A stretch of DNA of 64,000 nucleotides, taken from contig JAAEOH010000065.1 of the NCBI GenBank assembly GCA_024244645.1, positions 5,882-69,881 on the forward strand. Direction: 5' to 3'. The DNA comes from Hyphomicrobiales bacterium. GTDB lineage: Bacteria > Pseudomonadota > Alphaproteobacteria > Rhizobiales > Rhizobiaceae. Below, one piece after another: positions 55,105-64,000 of this stretch. Under the pieces are notes generated by a model, which was not told where the DNA came from, made no database searches, and worked only from the letters and a program-made list of their open reading frames with translations. A program made the position numbers and the translations under genes. Positions within the stretch are counted from its first letter, which is position 1; every line of letters begins with the position of its first letter.

Positions 55105-56186
55105 TTCATCCCCGTCGAGGCAATGCCCGTTGTGATGAAGCGCTGCAGGAAGGCAAAGACCAGGGCCACCGGAATAAGTGTGACAACGGTCATTGCAAGC
55201 ACGTAGTGCCATTGCACATCGAGTTCACCCTGGAATGCGTTGAGACCGATCTGCAATGTGTAGACTTCACTGCGATTGAGCACCACGAGCGGCCATAAAA
55301 AGTCATTCCATCGCCACATGACCGAAAAGATCGCCAGCACCGCGATGGCCGGCAATGAAAGGGGCAGCACGATACGCCAGTAGATCGCCCATTCACTTGC
55401 CTTGTCCATGCGCGCCGCCTCGATGAGATCGCGCGGCAATGTCAGCATATATTGGCGAAGCAGAAAAACACCAGTGGGTGTCGCCGCGCCCGGCAGGATC
55501 ACCGCCCACAGCGTATTGACCATGTTGAGCTGTGTGACCACGAGATAGGCCGGCACCAGAATGATGGTGATCGGGATCATCAAGGTGCCGATCACGAACA
55601 GCATGACGGCATTGCGGCCTTTGAATTCGTATATGGCCAGGCCGAAGGCCGCCATCGAGTTGATCAGCAGCGTAACGATCGTCGCGACCACGGTCACGAT
55701 GACGGAATTGTTAAGGTAATTCAGGAAATTGAACCGTTCGAGCGGTTTGGTGTAGTTCTCCCACGCGACGCGAAACTCGCGGATGGGTTCGCGGCTGGCG
55801 ATCGGTACCTTTATGCTTGTTTCCGGATCAGCGGGATCGACCATCTGGGCAATGATGCCGATGCGGCGAACCTGCGCCAGTTCACGAACGCTCCCGTCCT
55901 CCATCGTCACCTTGTAGAGCGGCAACGGTTTTTCGTAACCATCGACCTGAATCTCGATCTGGCCGAGCGGCAACAGTGTCGGCGGGAATTCCTGAAGACC
56001 CGCCGGCGTCTTGAAGGAAGACAGCGCCAGCCAAAGCACCGGCCCGAACATCAGGCAAACGCCAAGCGTCAGATAGACATAGGTGAAAATATCGGTCCAG
56101 TGCCAGGACGCGCCGCCGCGTCGCGCTGTCAGCATACCACCGATGCCACGGCCGGAGACTGTTTGGGTGTCTGCCATATCAGCCAT
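55101..56186 (-). CDS. Carbohydrate ABC permease
   Basis: LIEAARMDKAS EAA motif, WNDFLWP. Confidence 0.93.
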   Translation of the reverse strand: MADMADTQTVSGRGIGGMLTARRGGASWHWTDIFTYVYLTLGVCLMFGPVLWLALSSFKTPAGLQEFPPTLLPLGQIEIQVDGYEKPLPLYKVTMEDGSVRELAQVRRIGIIAQMVDPADPETSIKVPIASREPIREFRVAWENYTKPLERFNFLNYLNNSVIVTVVATIVTLLINSMAAFGLAIYEFKGRNAVMLFVIGTLMIPITIILVPAYLVVTQLNMVNTLWAVILPGAATPTGVFLLRQYMLTLPRDLIEAARMDKASEWAIYWRIVLPLSLPAIAVLAIFSVMWRWNDFLWPLVVLNRSEVYTLQIGLNAFQGELDVQWHYVLAMTVVTLIPVALVFAFLQRFITTGIASTGMK

Positions 56187-57210
56187 CCTCCTTGCGCCGC
56201 GAGGCGGCCAACTGGACCAGCGTCAGGACGAAGAGCACAACACCGAGAACCACGGAAGCCGCTGCCGCCAGTCCGAAATTCTGAACCTGATTGGCAAATC
56301 CGGTCGTGTAGATGTACTGAACGATGAACTGCGTGGCCGTGCCCGGTCCGCCGCCAGTCAGGACAAAAACCTCATCAAAAATCTGCACCGCCTTGATGAG
56401 TGCAAGCACCACCACCACCAGGAGATTTGGCCACAGCAGCGGCAGGGTTATGCGCCAGAAGACACGCTCGCGGCGTGTACCGTCCATCTCCGCCGCCTCG
56501 TAGAGATCGGGCGGGATCGCCTGCAGGCCGGCCAGCAGGATCAGCGTATAGAAGCCCATATGGGCCCAGATCGAGACGAAGATAGCCCAGAACATCGACC
56601 ACGTCGGATCGACGAAGAACAGGATGCGGTCGAGACCAATCGAGGTCAGACCCGCATTGAGCACTCCGTCGCGCAGCAGGATCCATTTCCAGATCAGCGC
56701 GACGACGACGGGCGACAGGAGAACCGGAAAAAAGAACGCCGCGCGGAAGAAGCCGCGTCCGCGGATTTCGCGGTTGAGGATCAGCGCAGTCACCAGCGAG
56801 AACAACACCATGAAGGCGACCTGGAAGAAGACGAAGACAACCGTGTTGTAGATGCCGCGCCAGAAGCGATCCTCCCGGCAGCTCTGCGGATCGAGATAAC
56901 TGCCGCAATCCGCGAGATAGGAATATTGCTCGCCGCCCACATAGGGGCGTTCGGACAAGAAAAGCTCATCACCGCCAGTGACAGAAAATGCAAAATTGAT
57001 GATCAGCGGCACGATTACGAAAATGCCGAAAAAAGCAAGGTTCGGCAGCAGGAAGATGTAAGGCATGCGGCCGATGCCGAGCAGGCGCTGAAGCGCTCTG
57101 AACGGCGTATCGAGCAGTCCGAACAGGACACGCACCGGCCAGGCTGCAACGGCATTGAGCCGGTCCCCCAGACTGAGATCATCCGAATGTACTGGTGTTT
57201 CGTGCGCCAT
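56179..57210 (-). CDS. Carbohydrate ABC permease
   Basis: GLQAIPPDLYEAAEMDG, TGGGPG. Confidence 0.93.
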   Translation of the reverse strand: MAHETPVHSDDLSLGDRLNAVAAWPVRVLFGLLDTPFRALQRLLGIGRMPYIFLLPNLAFFGIFVIVPLIINFAFSVTGGDELFLSERPYVGGEQYSYLADCGSYLDPQSCREDRFWRGIYNTVVFVFFQVAFMVLFSLVTALILNREIRGRGFFRAAFFFPVLLSPVVVALIWKWILLRDGVLNAGLTSIGLDRILFFVDPTWSMFWAIFVSIWAHMGFYTLILLAGLQAIPPDLYEAAEMDGTRRERVFWRITLPLLWPNLLVVVVLALIKAVQIFDEVFVLTGGGPGTATQFIVQYIYTTGFANQVQNFGLAAAASVVLGVVLFVLTLVQLAASRRKEDG

Positions 57211-57244
57211 GGAAATCGATCAGACGACAGAGTTTAATTTGTCT

Positions 57245-57274
57245 CTCCGGGCGCAAGGGAGACCACGCCCGGAG
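57245..57274. terminator. Stem-loop between the binding-protein and permease genes
   Basis: CTCCGGGCG...CGCCCGGAG. Confidence 0.5.
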
Positions 57275-57303
57275 TGCTGCCATTGATCACGTATGAAGCG
57301 TGA

Positions 57304-58590
57304 TCAGTCGCCGCGTTTCTTTTCGGCAATCTGCTGCTCGATGTCCTGCGTCATGCGGTCATAGGCCTCATCCAGCGTCAATTCGCCGACGATCGCCTCG
57401 CCGAGCCGCGAGATCAGCGCGTTGAACATCACCCGGTTGTAGACGTAGCCCTGCAGATCGAAGGCGGTGGGTGAAATGCCCGGAACAGCCGCGGCAAAGG
57501 TCTCAAGCGCATGCTTGGCGCGCGGATCGTCCGTCTGGAATTCCACACCGTTTGCCGCCAGCCCAAGGTGACCTGGAATGAACAGTGTCTTGCCATAGAA
57601 CTCGTTGAGGACCTCTTCGCTTGAAAGATAGTCCATCAGCTTGCCGACTTCCTCCGGATGCTCCGATGTCTTCAGCGCAACGAGCGCAGCACCACCGGGC
57701 ATGCCGGTACAGGCAGCCGGACCACATGGCGCGGGCACTGCCCACCAGTCGAAGGCATCGCCGATCTTGTCGGCGAACTGCGGGATCTGCCACGAGCCGC
57801 TCATATACATGGCGACGTTGGCGTTGGCGAAGTCCTCATTGGCGCCGAGATATTGCGAGCCGGAAACCGAGCCCCAGAGTTCCTTCGGCATCGTGCCGTC
57901 CTGGTGCCAGTCGTAAAGCTTGCCGGCCATCGCTTTCAGCCCGTCATCAACCAGCGCCGGATCGCCATTGGCGTCGAACATTTTGGCGCCCATGGAAATG
58001 GCAGGACCCGAAACCCGGTGACCGGAACGGTCCCAGGCCATGGGAATCGGGATATCCAGTTTAGTGGATACTTCCCGCACGGCTTTTGCCCAGTCGTCCC
58101 ATGTTGCGCCCTCGCCCGGCAATGCCACGCCGGCCTGCTCGAACAGTGTTTTGTTGACATAGGGACCGGTGACCGTGAGCTGCGTCATGAAGCCGGATAT
58201 GCCCTTGTCATCACCGGAACCGCGCAGCCATTTCAGGAACGGGCCAAAATTGGTTTCCCAATAGGCCGGATCGGAAATGTGCGGCGTCAGGTCCATATAA
58301 TGCTCGGACAGACCGCCGAGGTCGGTCACACGGGCAAGGTCCGGGCCTTCGCCCGCGGCAAGCTGCACCGGAAGGCTTTCAAGGATTGCCTTGTAGGGCA
58401 CCACGTCGAGCGTGACCTTGACGTCGGGATTTGCCGCTTCGTAGCGATCGAGGATCCCGCGCATGACTTCGCCCTCATTGCCGTCATTGTACCAGGTTAT
58501 CCGCAATTCGGTCTCGGCCAATGCACTGCCAGCCATCATTCCGATGGCAGCGGCACCAAGAACCAGCACTCTGCAAAGTCTGTTTTTCAT
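57304..58590 (-). CDS. Carbohydrate ABC substrate-binding protein
   Basis: Signal peptide, AGEGPDL, TWDDW, AMYMSGSWQ. Confidence 0.92.
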   Translation of the reverse strand: MKNRLCRVLVLGAAAIGMMAGSALAETELRITWYNDGNEGEVMRGILDRYEAANPDVKVTLDVVPYKAILESLPVQLAAGEGPDLARVTDLGGLSEHYMDLTPHISDPAYWETNFGPFLKWLRGSGDDKGISGFMTQLTVTGPYVNKTLFEQAGVALPGEGATWDDWAKAVREVSTKLDIPIPMAWDRSGHRVSGPAISMGAKMFDANGDPALVDDGLKAMAGKLYDWHQDGTMPKELWGSVSGSQYLGANEDFANANVAMYMSGSWQIPQFADKIGDAFDWWAVPAPCGPAACTGMPGGAALVALKTSEHPEEVGKLMDYLSSEEVLNEFYGKTLFIPGHLGLAANGVEFQTDDPRAKHALETFAAAVPGISPTAFDLQGYVYNRVMFNALISRLGEAIVGELTLDEAYDRMTQDIEQQIAEKKRGD

Positions 58591-58608
58591 GATGTATTCC
58601 TCCCGTTT

Positions 58609-58626
58609 GCTACTTGTATACTAGTA
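58609..58626 (+). promoter_or_regulatory. GntR/FadR-type operator
   Basis: GCTACTTGTATACTAGTA, identical in reverse complement at 60654-60671. Confidence 0.75.
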
Positions 58627-58666
58627 CACATAGTTTATTGTAGCAAGGCGCATAAGGCCCTGCTGA

Positions 58667-59371
58667 TCAGCCCTTCAAACCTGTCTGGACATTCTCGAGC
58701 GCCGAATTGATGTGATCGCGCATCACCGCTGCCGCACCACTGGCATCGCCGTTGCGAATGCAATCCAGGAGGCGAACGTGATCCTCGAAAGCACGAAGCG
58801 ACCGGCCGGATATCGACGACATGAGACGCAGGCGCTGGCGGTCGATATGAGCCTTGATCGATTGCACCATCTGCCAGGCATGCGGAACATCGGCCATTTG
58901 CGCCAGCAATTGGTGAAATTCCTCGTCATACCGAAAGAATGTCCTGTAATCGTCGCGCTTGGCGGCGACTTCCTGCGCGGCAAGGATGGGTGCCAGGGCC
59001 GCCTCGTCGATGCCCCGCTCGGCGAGCCTGCGGGCAATGGCCGCTTCAATTGCGGCACGTATGAAAATCGCTTCTCGCACCCGCGCCTCGTTTTGTGGGG
59101 CGACGACCGACCCGACCTGCGGTTTGACGATAATCAACCCATCGCCTGCGAGATCCTGGATGGCAGCACGCAGCGGCGTGCGGCTGACGTCGCATATTCT
59201 GGCGACTTCCGTCTCGCTCAGTGCCGTGCCCGGTGGGAAACGGTTGTCGATAATGCGGGTGCGCAGCTCCCGGTAGATTTGCGGAGCGATCGAGCGCGAC
59301 CGGTCGATGGCGACACCCTCAAGCGCCGCATGCATGTCAAAGGCCGCGGCCTCAGGCGTCAGACGCGGCAT
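58667..59371 (-). CDS. GntR (FadR/FCD) regulator
   Basis: PPGTALSE..VSRTPLRAAI HTH; DEEFH..EDH FCD domain. Confidence 0.92.
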   Translation of the reverse strand: MPRLTPEAAAFDMHAALEGVAIDRSRSIAPQIYRELRTRIIDNRFPPGTALSETEVARICDVSRTPLRAAIQDLAGDGLIIVKPQVGSVVAPQNEARVREAIFIRAAIEAAIARRLAERGIDEAALAPILAAQEVAAKRDDYRTFFRYDEEFHQLLAQMADVPHAWQMVQSIKAHIDRQRLRLMSSISGRSLRAFEDHVRLLDCIRNGDASGAAAVMRDHINSALENVQTGLKG

Positions 59372-60629
59372 GACGCATCTCCTGTGGTGCGGCCCCGCCG
59401 GCGTGTTCGCCCAGCGCGGCCTGTTGCCGGGTTTGAGTAGTCAGCGCATGCATGACGCCACGCAACTCGGCAAGGCCCTTCAGGCGGCCGATCGCCGGAT
59501 ATCCCGGCTGCGCTCCGCGCTGAAGATCGCTCAAAATGTCCTGACCGTGATCGGGACGCATCGGAATTTCATGGTCCGCACACCCTTCCTCCCTGCGTCG
59601 GCTCTCCTCGGCAAGCAGGGCGGAAAGCACCGCCACCATGTCCGTGTCGCCCTCAAGGTGCTCATCCTCAAAAAAAGAACACTGCACGCCCTCGGTCTGG
59701 CGCGTCACGTTGCGCAAATGTACAAAGTGGATGCGCGGGGCAAACTCCGTGACCATGGCAGGGATGTCGTTGTCGGGCCTCGCACCGAGAGATCCCGTGC
59801 AAAGGGTCAGGCCGGCCGACGGGCTGTCCACGGCAGATAATACAGTACAGAAATCCTCTGACGTGGACATCGTCCTCGGCAGCCCCAGAAGCGGGAACGG
59901 CGGATCGTCCGGATGACAGCACATGCGTATATTCAGCTGCTCCGCATACGGCACCACCTCAGACAGAAAATCGATATGGTTTTGCCGCATGCGCGTCGCG
60001 TCGATGTGCTGGTAGTCGGAAAGTTTTTCACGCAGCGTCGCAATGGTCCAGTGCTCGGCGGCCCCCGGCAGCCCGGCGACAATGTTGGACGTCAGACGCC
60101 CTATTTGCGCATCGCTCATGGCATCGGCGCGCTTATTCGCCTCGTCCTGAACGTGCTTCGGGTAATCATCCAGCGCCGATGGACGGGCAAGAACGTGGAT
60201 ATCAAATGCCGCAAAGTCATAAATATCGAAACGCATGGACGTGCCGCCATGCTGCATCGGCGCAGCAAGGTCCGTTCGCGTCCAGTCCAGCACCGGCATA
60301 AAGTTGTAGCAGACCGTTTCTATTTTGGATCTTGCAATGTGGGTGAGGCTTTTCTTGTATCGCTCGATGTCGCCGCGCCAATCGGCGGACTGGGTCTTGA
60401 TCGCTTCGGAAACCGGCAGGCTTTCAACCACATCCCAGCGTAATCCGCTGGGTGATCCGTCAGGCAGAACGGAAACTTCCGCCTGACGCTGTACTATTTC
60501 TTCGATTGGCCATTCGTCGCCCGTGGGAATATGATGCAGCGCCGTCACGATCGCTTCAGCGCCGGCCTGACGCGCATCGGCAACCGTCACCTTGTCGACC
60601 GGCCCGAACCAGCGCCACGTTTGTCTCAT
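59352..60629 (-). CDS. uxuA: Mannonate dehydratase
   Basis: MRQTWRWFGP, CYNFMPVLDWTRTD, HPDDPP, HFVHLRNV, RPDHG, GRLKGLAELRG. Confidence 0.95.
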   Translation of the reverse strand: MRQTWRWFGPVDKVTVADARQAGAEAIVTALHHIPTGDEWPIEEIVQRQAEVSVLPDGSPSGLRWDVVESLPVSEAIKTQSADWRGDIERYKKSLTHIARSKIETVCYNFMPVLDWTRTDLAAPMQHGGTSMRFDIYDFAAFDIHVLARPSALDDYPKHVQDEANKRADAMSDAQIGRLTSNIVAGLPGAAEHWTIATLREKLSDYQHIDATRMRQNHIDFLSEVVPYAEQLNIRMCCHPDDPPFPLLGLPRTMSTSEDFCTVLSAVDSPSAGLTLCTGSLGARPDNDIPAMVTEFAPRIHFVHLRNVTRQTEGVQCSFFEDEHLEGDTDMVAVLSALLAEESRRREEGCADHEIPMRPDHGQDILSDLQRGAQPGYPAIGRLKGLAELRGVMHALTTQTRQQAALGEHAGGAAPQEMRHAASDA

Positions 60630-60653
60630 TTCATTCTCCTGCTGCCATATATA

Positions 60654-60671
60654 TACTAGTATACAAGTAGC
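60654..60671 (-). promoter_or_regulatory. GntR/FadR-type operator
   Basis: Second identical 18-mer, between uxuA and the divergent hydrolase. Confidence 0.75.
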
Positions 60672-60701
60672 GCAGCAACCCCTGCCTGACAGCACGAAAG
60701 G

Positions 60702-61643
60702 ATGAAAACGGGGCCAATGAGCAGATTTCACCGCAGGGATTTGTGGCTGAAACTAGGCTATCGCGATGGTCCGTCTCCTGGAAAAGGAGGCAGCGTTCAG
60801 GACGTGTGCACCGAACCGGAGTGCGTGATCGAAGAACTCGAAATTAACACCAACTCGGGCATCGTGCCGGCGACGCTTCTGCGTCCCGAAAACAATGCCG
60901 TTCGCCATCCTGCGATGCTGTACTGCCATGCCCATGGAGACCGTTACGACATCGGAAGGAGCGAACTGCTAGACGGGCGCCCTGCCCTTCATTCGCCCCA
61001 TGGCCGGCTCCTGGCCTCACGCGGTTTTGTCGTGCTGTGTGCCGATATGCCCGGATTTGGCAGCCGCCAACACGAAGGCAGTGAACCTGCCCTGGCGAAG
61101 GCTGCGTTGTGGAATGGCGGCACGCTGATGGGGCAGATGCTGTCCAATCTTCGGGCGGCGGTTGATTACCTTGCGGCACGCGAAGATGTGGATGCCGAAC
61201 GCATTGCAACGCTCGGTTTGTCGATGGGCGCAACCCATGCTTACTGGCTTGCGGCACTCGACGAGCGCATATCAGCCGCGGCCCATCTTTGTGCCTTTGC
61301 CAATATGCGCCCGCTCATCGAATCCGGTGCACATGATCTCCACGGACCCTATATGACCGTGCCAGGGCTCTTGGAGGAACACGACATGGCCGATATCGCC
61401 GCGATGATCGCACCGCGCCCGCAACTCGTCGCCTATGGCGTCCTCGATCCGCTGACACCGCCAGAAGCGGTCGATCCCGCAATTGCCACGCTGCGTCAGG
61501 CATACGAGCGAACGAACGCTTCTGAAAACCTGACGGTCATACGATCGGAGTTAACAGGTCACGTCGAGACAGAAGATATGCGCGAGGCGGTGCTGCGGTT
61601 TTTCGAATGCACAATCCAGAACAATTCCGAAACCGGGTCTTGA
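60702..61643 (+). CDS. Dienelactone hydrolase/esterase-family alpha/beta hydrolase
   Basis: CHAHG, GLSMGA nucleophile elbow, DPL, GHVE. Confidence 0.8.
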   Translation: MKTGPMSRFHRRDLWLKLGYRDGPSPGKGGSVQDVCTEPECVIEELEINTNSGIVPATLLRPENNAVRHPAMLYCHAHGDRYDIGRSELLDGRPALHSPHGRLLASRGFVVLCADMPGFGSRQHEGSEPALAKAALWNGGTLMGQMLSNLRAAVDYLAAREDVDAERIATLGLSMGATHAYWLAALDERISAAAHLCAFANMRPLIESGAHDLHGPYMTVPGLLEEHDMADIAAMIAPRPQLVAYGVLDPLTPPEAVDPAIATLRQAYERTNASENLTVIRSELTGHVETEDMREAVLRFFECTIQNNSETGS

Positions 61644-61748
61644 TCCGTCAACAGGGCCATCGGCCATAGTTGGTTTCCAATCTGCCGGCCCGGGAGTTTT
61701 GGCAGAAAAGGTGGGGTCTTTGTCATTGATGCCAAAATTACTTCCGCT

Positions 61749-62697
61749 ATGCTTTTCGTGGAGGAGAAAATTGGTATCGAAACAAAACTGGTTCTGATGG
61801 TCGCGTTTGATGGCGCGAGCGCCCTCGACATCGTCGGCCCGGTCACCACGTCGCCGGGCGGGCTGGTCATCATGAGCGAGCCGTTGGAAAGTTTCAGCGA
61901 CACAAAGATAGATTCGCTGATGGTGTCCGGCGGTCTGGACGTGGCGTCTGCCAGACAGGACGGAACACTGATCGACTGGATTGCCCAAAATGCCCCAGGG
62001 CACGAAGAACAGCATCCGTATGCACCGGTGCGTTTCTGCTCGCCGAGGCGGGACTGCTGGACGGTAAATCGGCGACCACCCATTGGTATTGGGCCGACGA
62101 GTTTGCCGCCTCCTTCCCCGAAGTAAAGACCGAGCCTGACGCCATCTTCCTCAAGGATGGCGACATCTATACGTCGGCCGGGATCACCACCGGCATGGAT
62201 ATGGCACTGGCACTCGTCGAGGAGGATCACGGCCGGGAAGTCGCACTCGACATTGCAAGAAACTGGGTGATGTTTCTCAAGCGCACCGGGGGCCAGTCGC
62301 AGTTCAGTTCGTACTTGCCGAGACAGCAAAGCGGCAATCGCTCGATAACCGAGTTGCAAAACTGGATGATGGACAATCTGGGCGAAGATTTGTGCGTCGA
62401 GCGCTGGCCGAGCGCATGTGCATGAGCAGCCGCAACTTCGCCCGCCTGTTCGTCTCCGAAGTCGGCATCTCGCCTGGCAGGTATGTTGAAGAGCTCCGGC
62501 TTCACGCTGCCAAAAAACATCTCGAAAGCACGTCGATACCGATCGACGCGATCACCGAGGCCAGCGGCTTTGGCAATGCCGAGCGAATGCGCCGCACCTT
62601 CGTTCGCCGGCTTAAGGTCAATCCGCAGCAGTTCCGCAGCCGCTTCCAACGATCGGCCGGCGATTATCCGCCGCCTCTTACAGATACGCTGCAATAG
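61749..62697 (+). pseudogene. GlxA-family AraC regulator, multiply frameshifted
   Basis: ALDIVGP; SVCTGAFLLAEAGLLDGKSATTHW; TSAGITTGMDMAL; RTGGQSQFS; AraC HTH spread over three frames. Confidence 0.88.
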
Positions 62698-62761
62698 CGA
62701 AGGCGGTCGACAGGCGGCCGCCGCAATTCAAAACATCGTTCAACCTCGAAAGGAGCTTAAG

Positions 62762-63438
62762 ATGAGTAAGCTGAAGGTGGGAATCTATCTGTTTCCCCAC
62801 ATGACCATGATGGACGCATACGCGCCCTTGCAGATGTTCTCGTTTGTCGATGCTTTCGAGACATTCACCTTTGCCAAGACCGACGAAGCCTTCCCATCTG
62901 ATGCCGGCGCACTGATGACGCCCCAATACGGCTTCGACGACTGCCCCGAAATCGACGTGCTCGTCATGCCGGGCGGCGGCAACACGCTTGCGCAGATGAA
63001 GGATCCCGAGGTCATCGATTTTATCCGCGAGGCCGGCGAGAAGGCCCGCTACGTCACGTCGGTGTGCACCGGCACGCTGATCCTGGCGGAAGCCGGACTG
63101 CTCGACGGTTATGAAGCCGCGACCCACTGGGCTTACCGCGACGTTCTGGAATCCTAAGACAAGGTCACGCTCGCCGACAAACGCGTGGCGATTGACCGCA
63201 ACAGGATCACCGGTGGCGGCATTACCGCCGGTCTCGACTTCGCGCTGACGGTCATCGCCGAACTCACGATGAGCCGACCGCCCATGTCATGCAGCTTCTG
63301 TTCGAATACCGGCCCCAGCCGCCGTTCAATTCAGGCGGTCCGGAAACCGCTCCGCCGGAAGTCGTTGACGCGGTGCGCGGCAAGGTCGGCGAAATCGCCG
63401 CAGATCTGCACAGCTATGCAAATGAGAGGAGAGCGTGA
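62762..63438 (+). pseudogene. DJ-1/PfpI family (isonitrile hydratase-like), premature stop plus frameshift
   Basis: SVCTGTL..ATHWA, in-frame TAA at 63155, then DRNRITGGGITAGLDF; frameshift into QLLFEYRPQPPFNSGGPE. Confidence 0.85.
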
Positions 63439-63439
63439 C

Positions 63440-63835
63440 ATGACAAATGCACGGGCCAGATCAGCCATTGATCAAAACAACACCACAATGATGGTGGCTT
63501 TCTTCGCCGGTGACCTCGAAGCGTTGGGCGCACTCTATACGGACGATGCACGCTTCATGCTGCCTAATTCAGTACCGGCAACCGGCAGATCGCAGATCAA
63601 GGCCGCCTTCGACGGCATGATCACCGCCGGATTGAAGGGACTTGAACTGCAAACCGACGAACTTGTCTCGAATGAAGATACAATCGTCGAAATGGGCAGT
63701 TATACGCTTCGGGCCGACGGCAATGCCGAGGCCGATAAAGGCAGCTACATAGTGTTGTGGACGTCCCGGAATGGCCAATGGCTGATCGACCGCGACATCG
63801 TCTGCAGCAGCGTGGCGCCGGACCCACAGCAATAG
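63440..63835 (+). CDS. SnoaL/DUF4440 NTF2-fold protein
   Basis: GDLEALGALYTDDA..GRSQI..GSYIVLW..W.IDRD. Confidence 0.85.
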   Translation: MTNARARSAIDQNNTTMMVAFFAGDLEALGALYTDDARFMLPNSVPATGRSQIKAAFDGMITAGLKGLELQTDELVSNEDTIVEMGSYTLRADGNAEADKGSYIVLWTSRNGQWLIDRDIVCSSVAPDPQQ

Positions 63836-63854
63836 GACGGAATTAACAGTCCGA

Positions 63855-63880
63855 CGGCATCCCGACCATTCGGGATGCCG
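63855..63880 (+). terminator. Hairpin after the DUF4440 gene
   Basis: CGGCATCCCGA-CCAT-TCGGGATGCCG, perfect 11-bp stem. Confidence 0.6.
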
Positions 63881-64000
63881 CAATCGCAGCAATCAGTCTT
63901 TGAAATTTTGACGTATCAAAGCCTTGCGCGTGGTGCTGCACATACTGCGCCATGTGAAATTGACCCGGCTTGGAGATCAGGCCCCAATCGACGGAATTGT

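Overview
Alphaproteobacterial (probably marine Hyphomicrobiales-like) chromosomal window made up almost entirely of accessory DNA. A ~38-kb island is integrated in the 5' end of dusA. It is bounded by a 23-bp direct repeat (2168-2190 / 40249-40271), and its dusA-associated tyrosine integrase is broken. Cargo includes a glycosyltransferase, an MlrC/TRAP/FAD-oxidoreductase catabolic operon and a xanthine-dehydrogenase-family molybdoenzyme. Between two IS6 remnants (~18.2-39.2 kb) lies the most interesting element, a ~21-kb cluster with FNR-type boxes built around a divergent Sec-exported nitrous-oxide-reductase (NosZ)-like copper protein. Its CuA His is replaced by Met and its CuZ His pattern is rearranged. 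The cluster lacks nosR/D/F/Y/L. Instead it carries two Rieske-less cytochrome b/c modules, four other c-type cytochromes, two Vgb-type beta-propellers, a GldAFG-type ABC system, SCO, CcdA, three TlpA and a CcmH-like protein. The nosZ-like gene and a cytochrome c gene share a near-identical 328-bp promoter plus signal-peptide cassette. Right of the island are a 2-oxoacid:ferredoxin oxidoreductase operon with two flavoproteins, a hexuronate (uxuAB/uxaC) ABC catabolic locus with two identical GntR-type operators, and a decayed GlxA/DJ-1 pair. All family assignments come from motif recognition by eye; no database searches were run.
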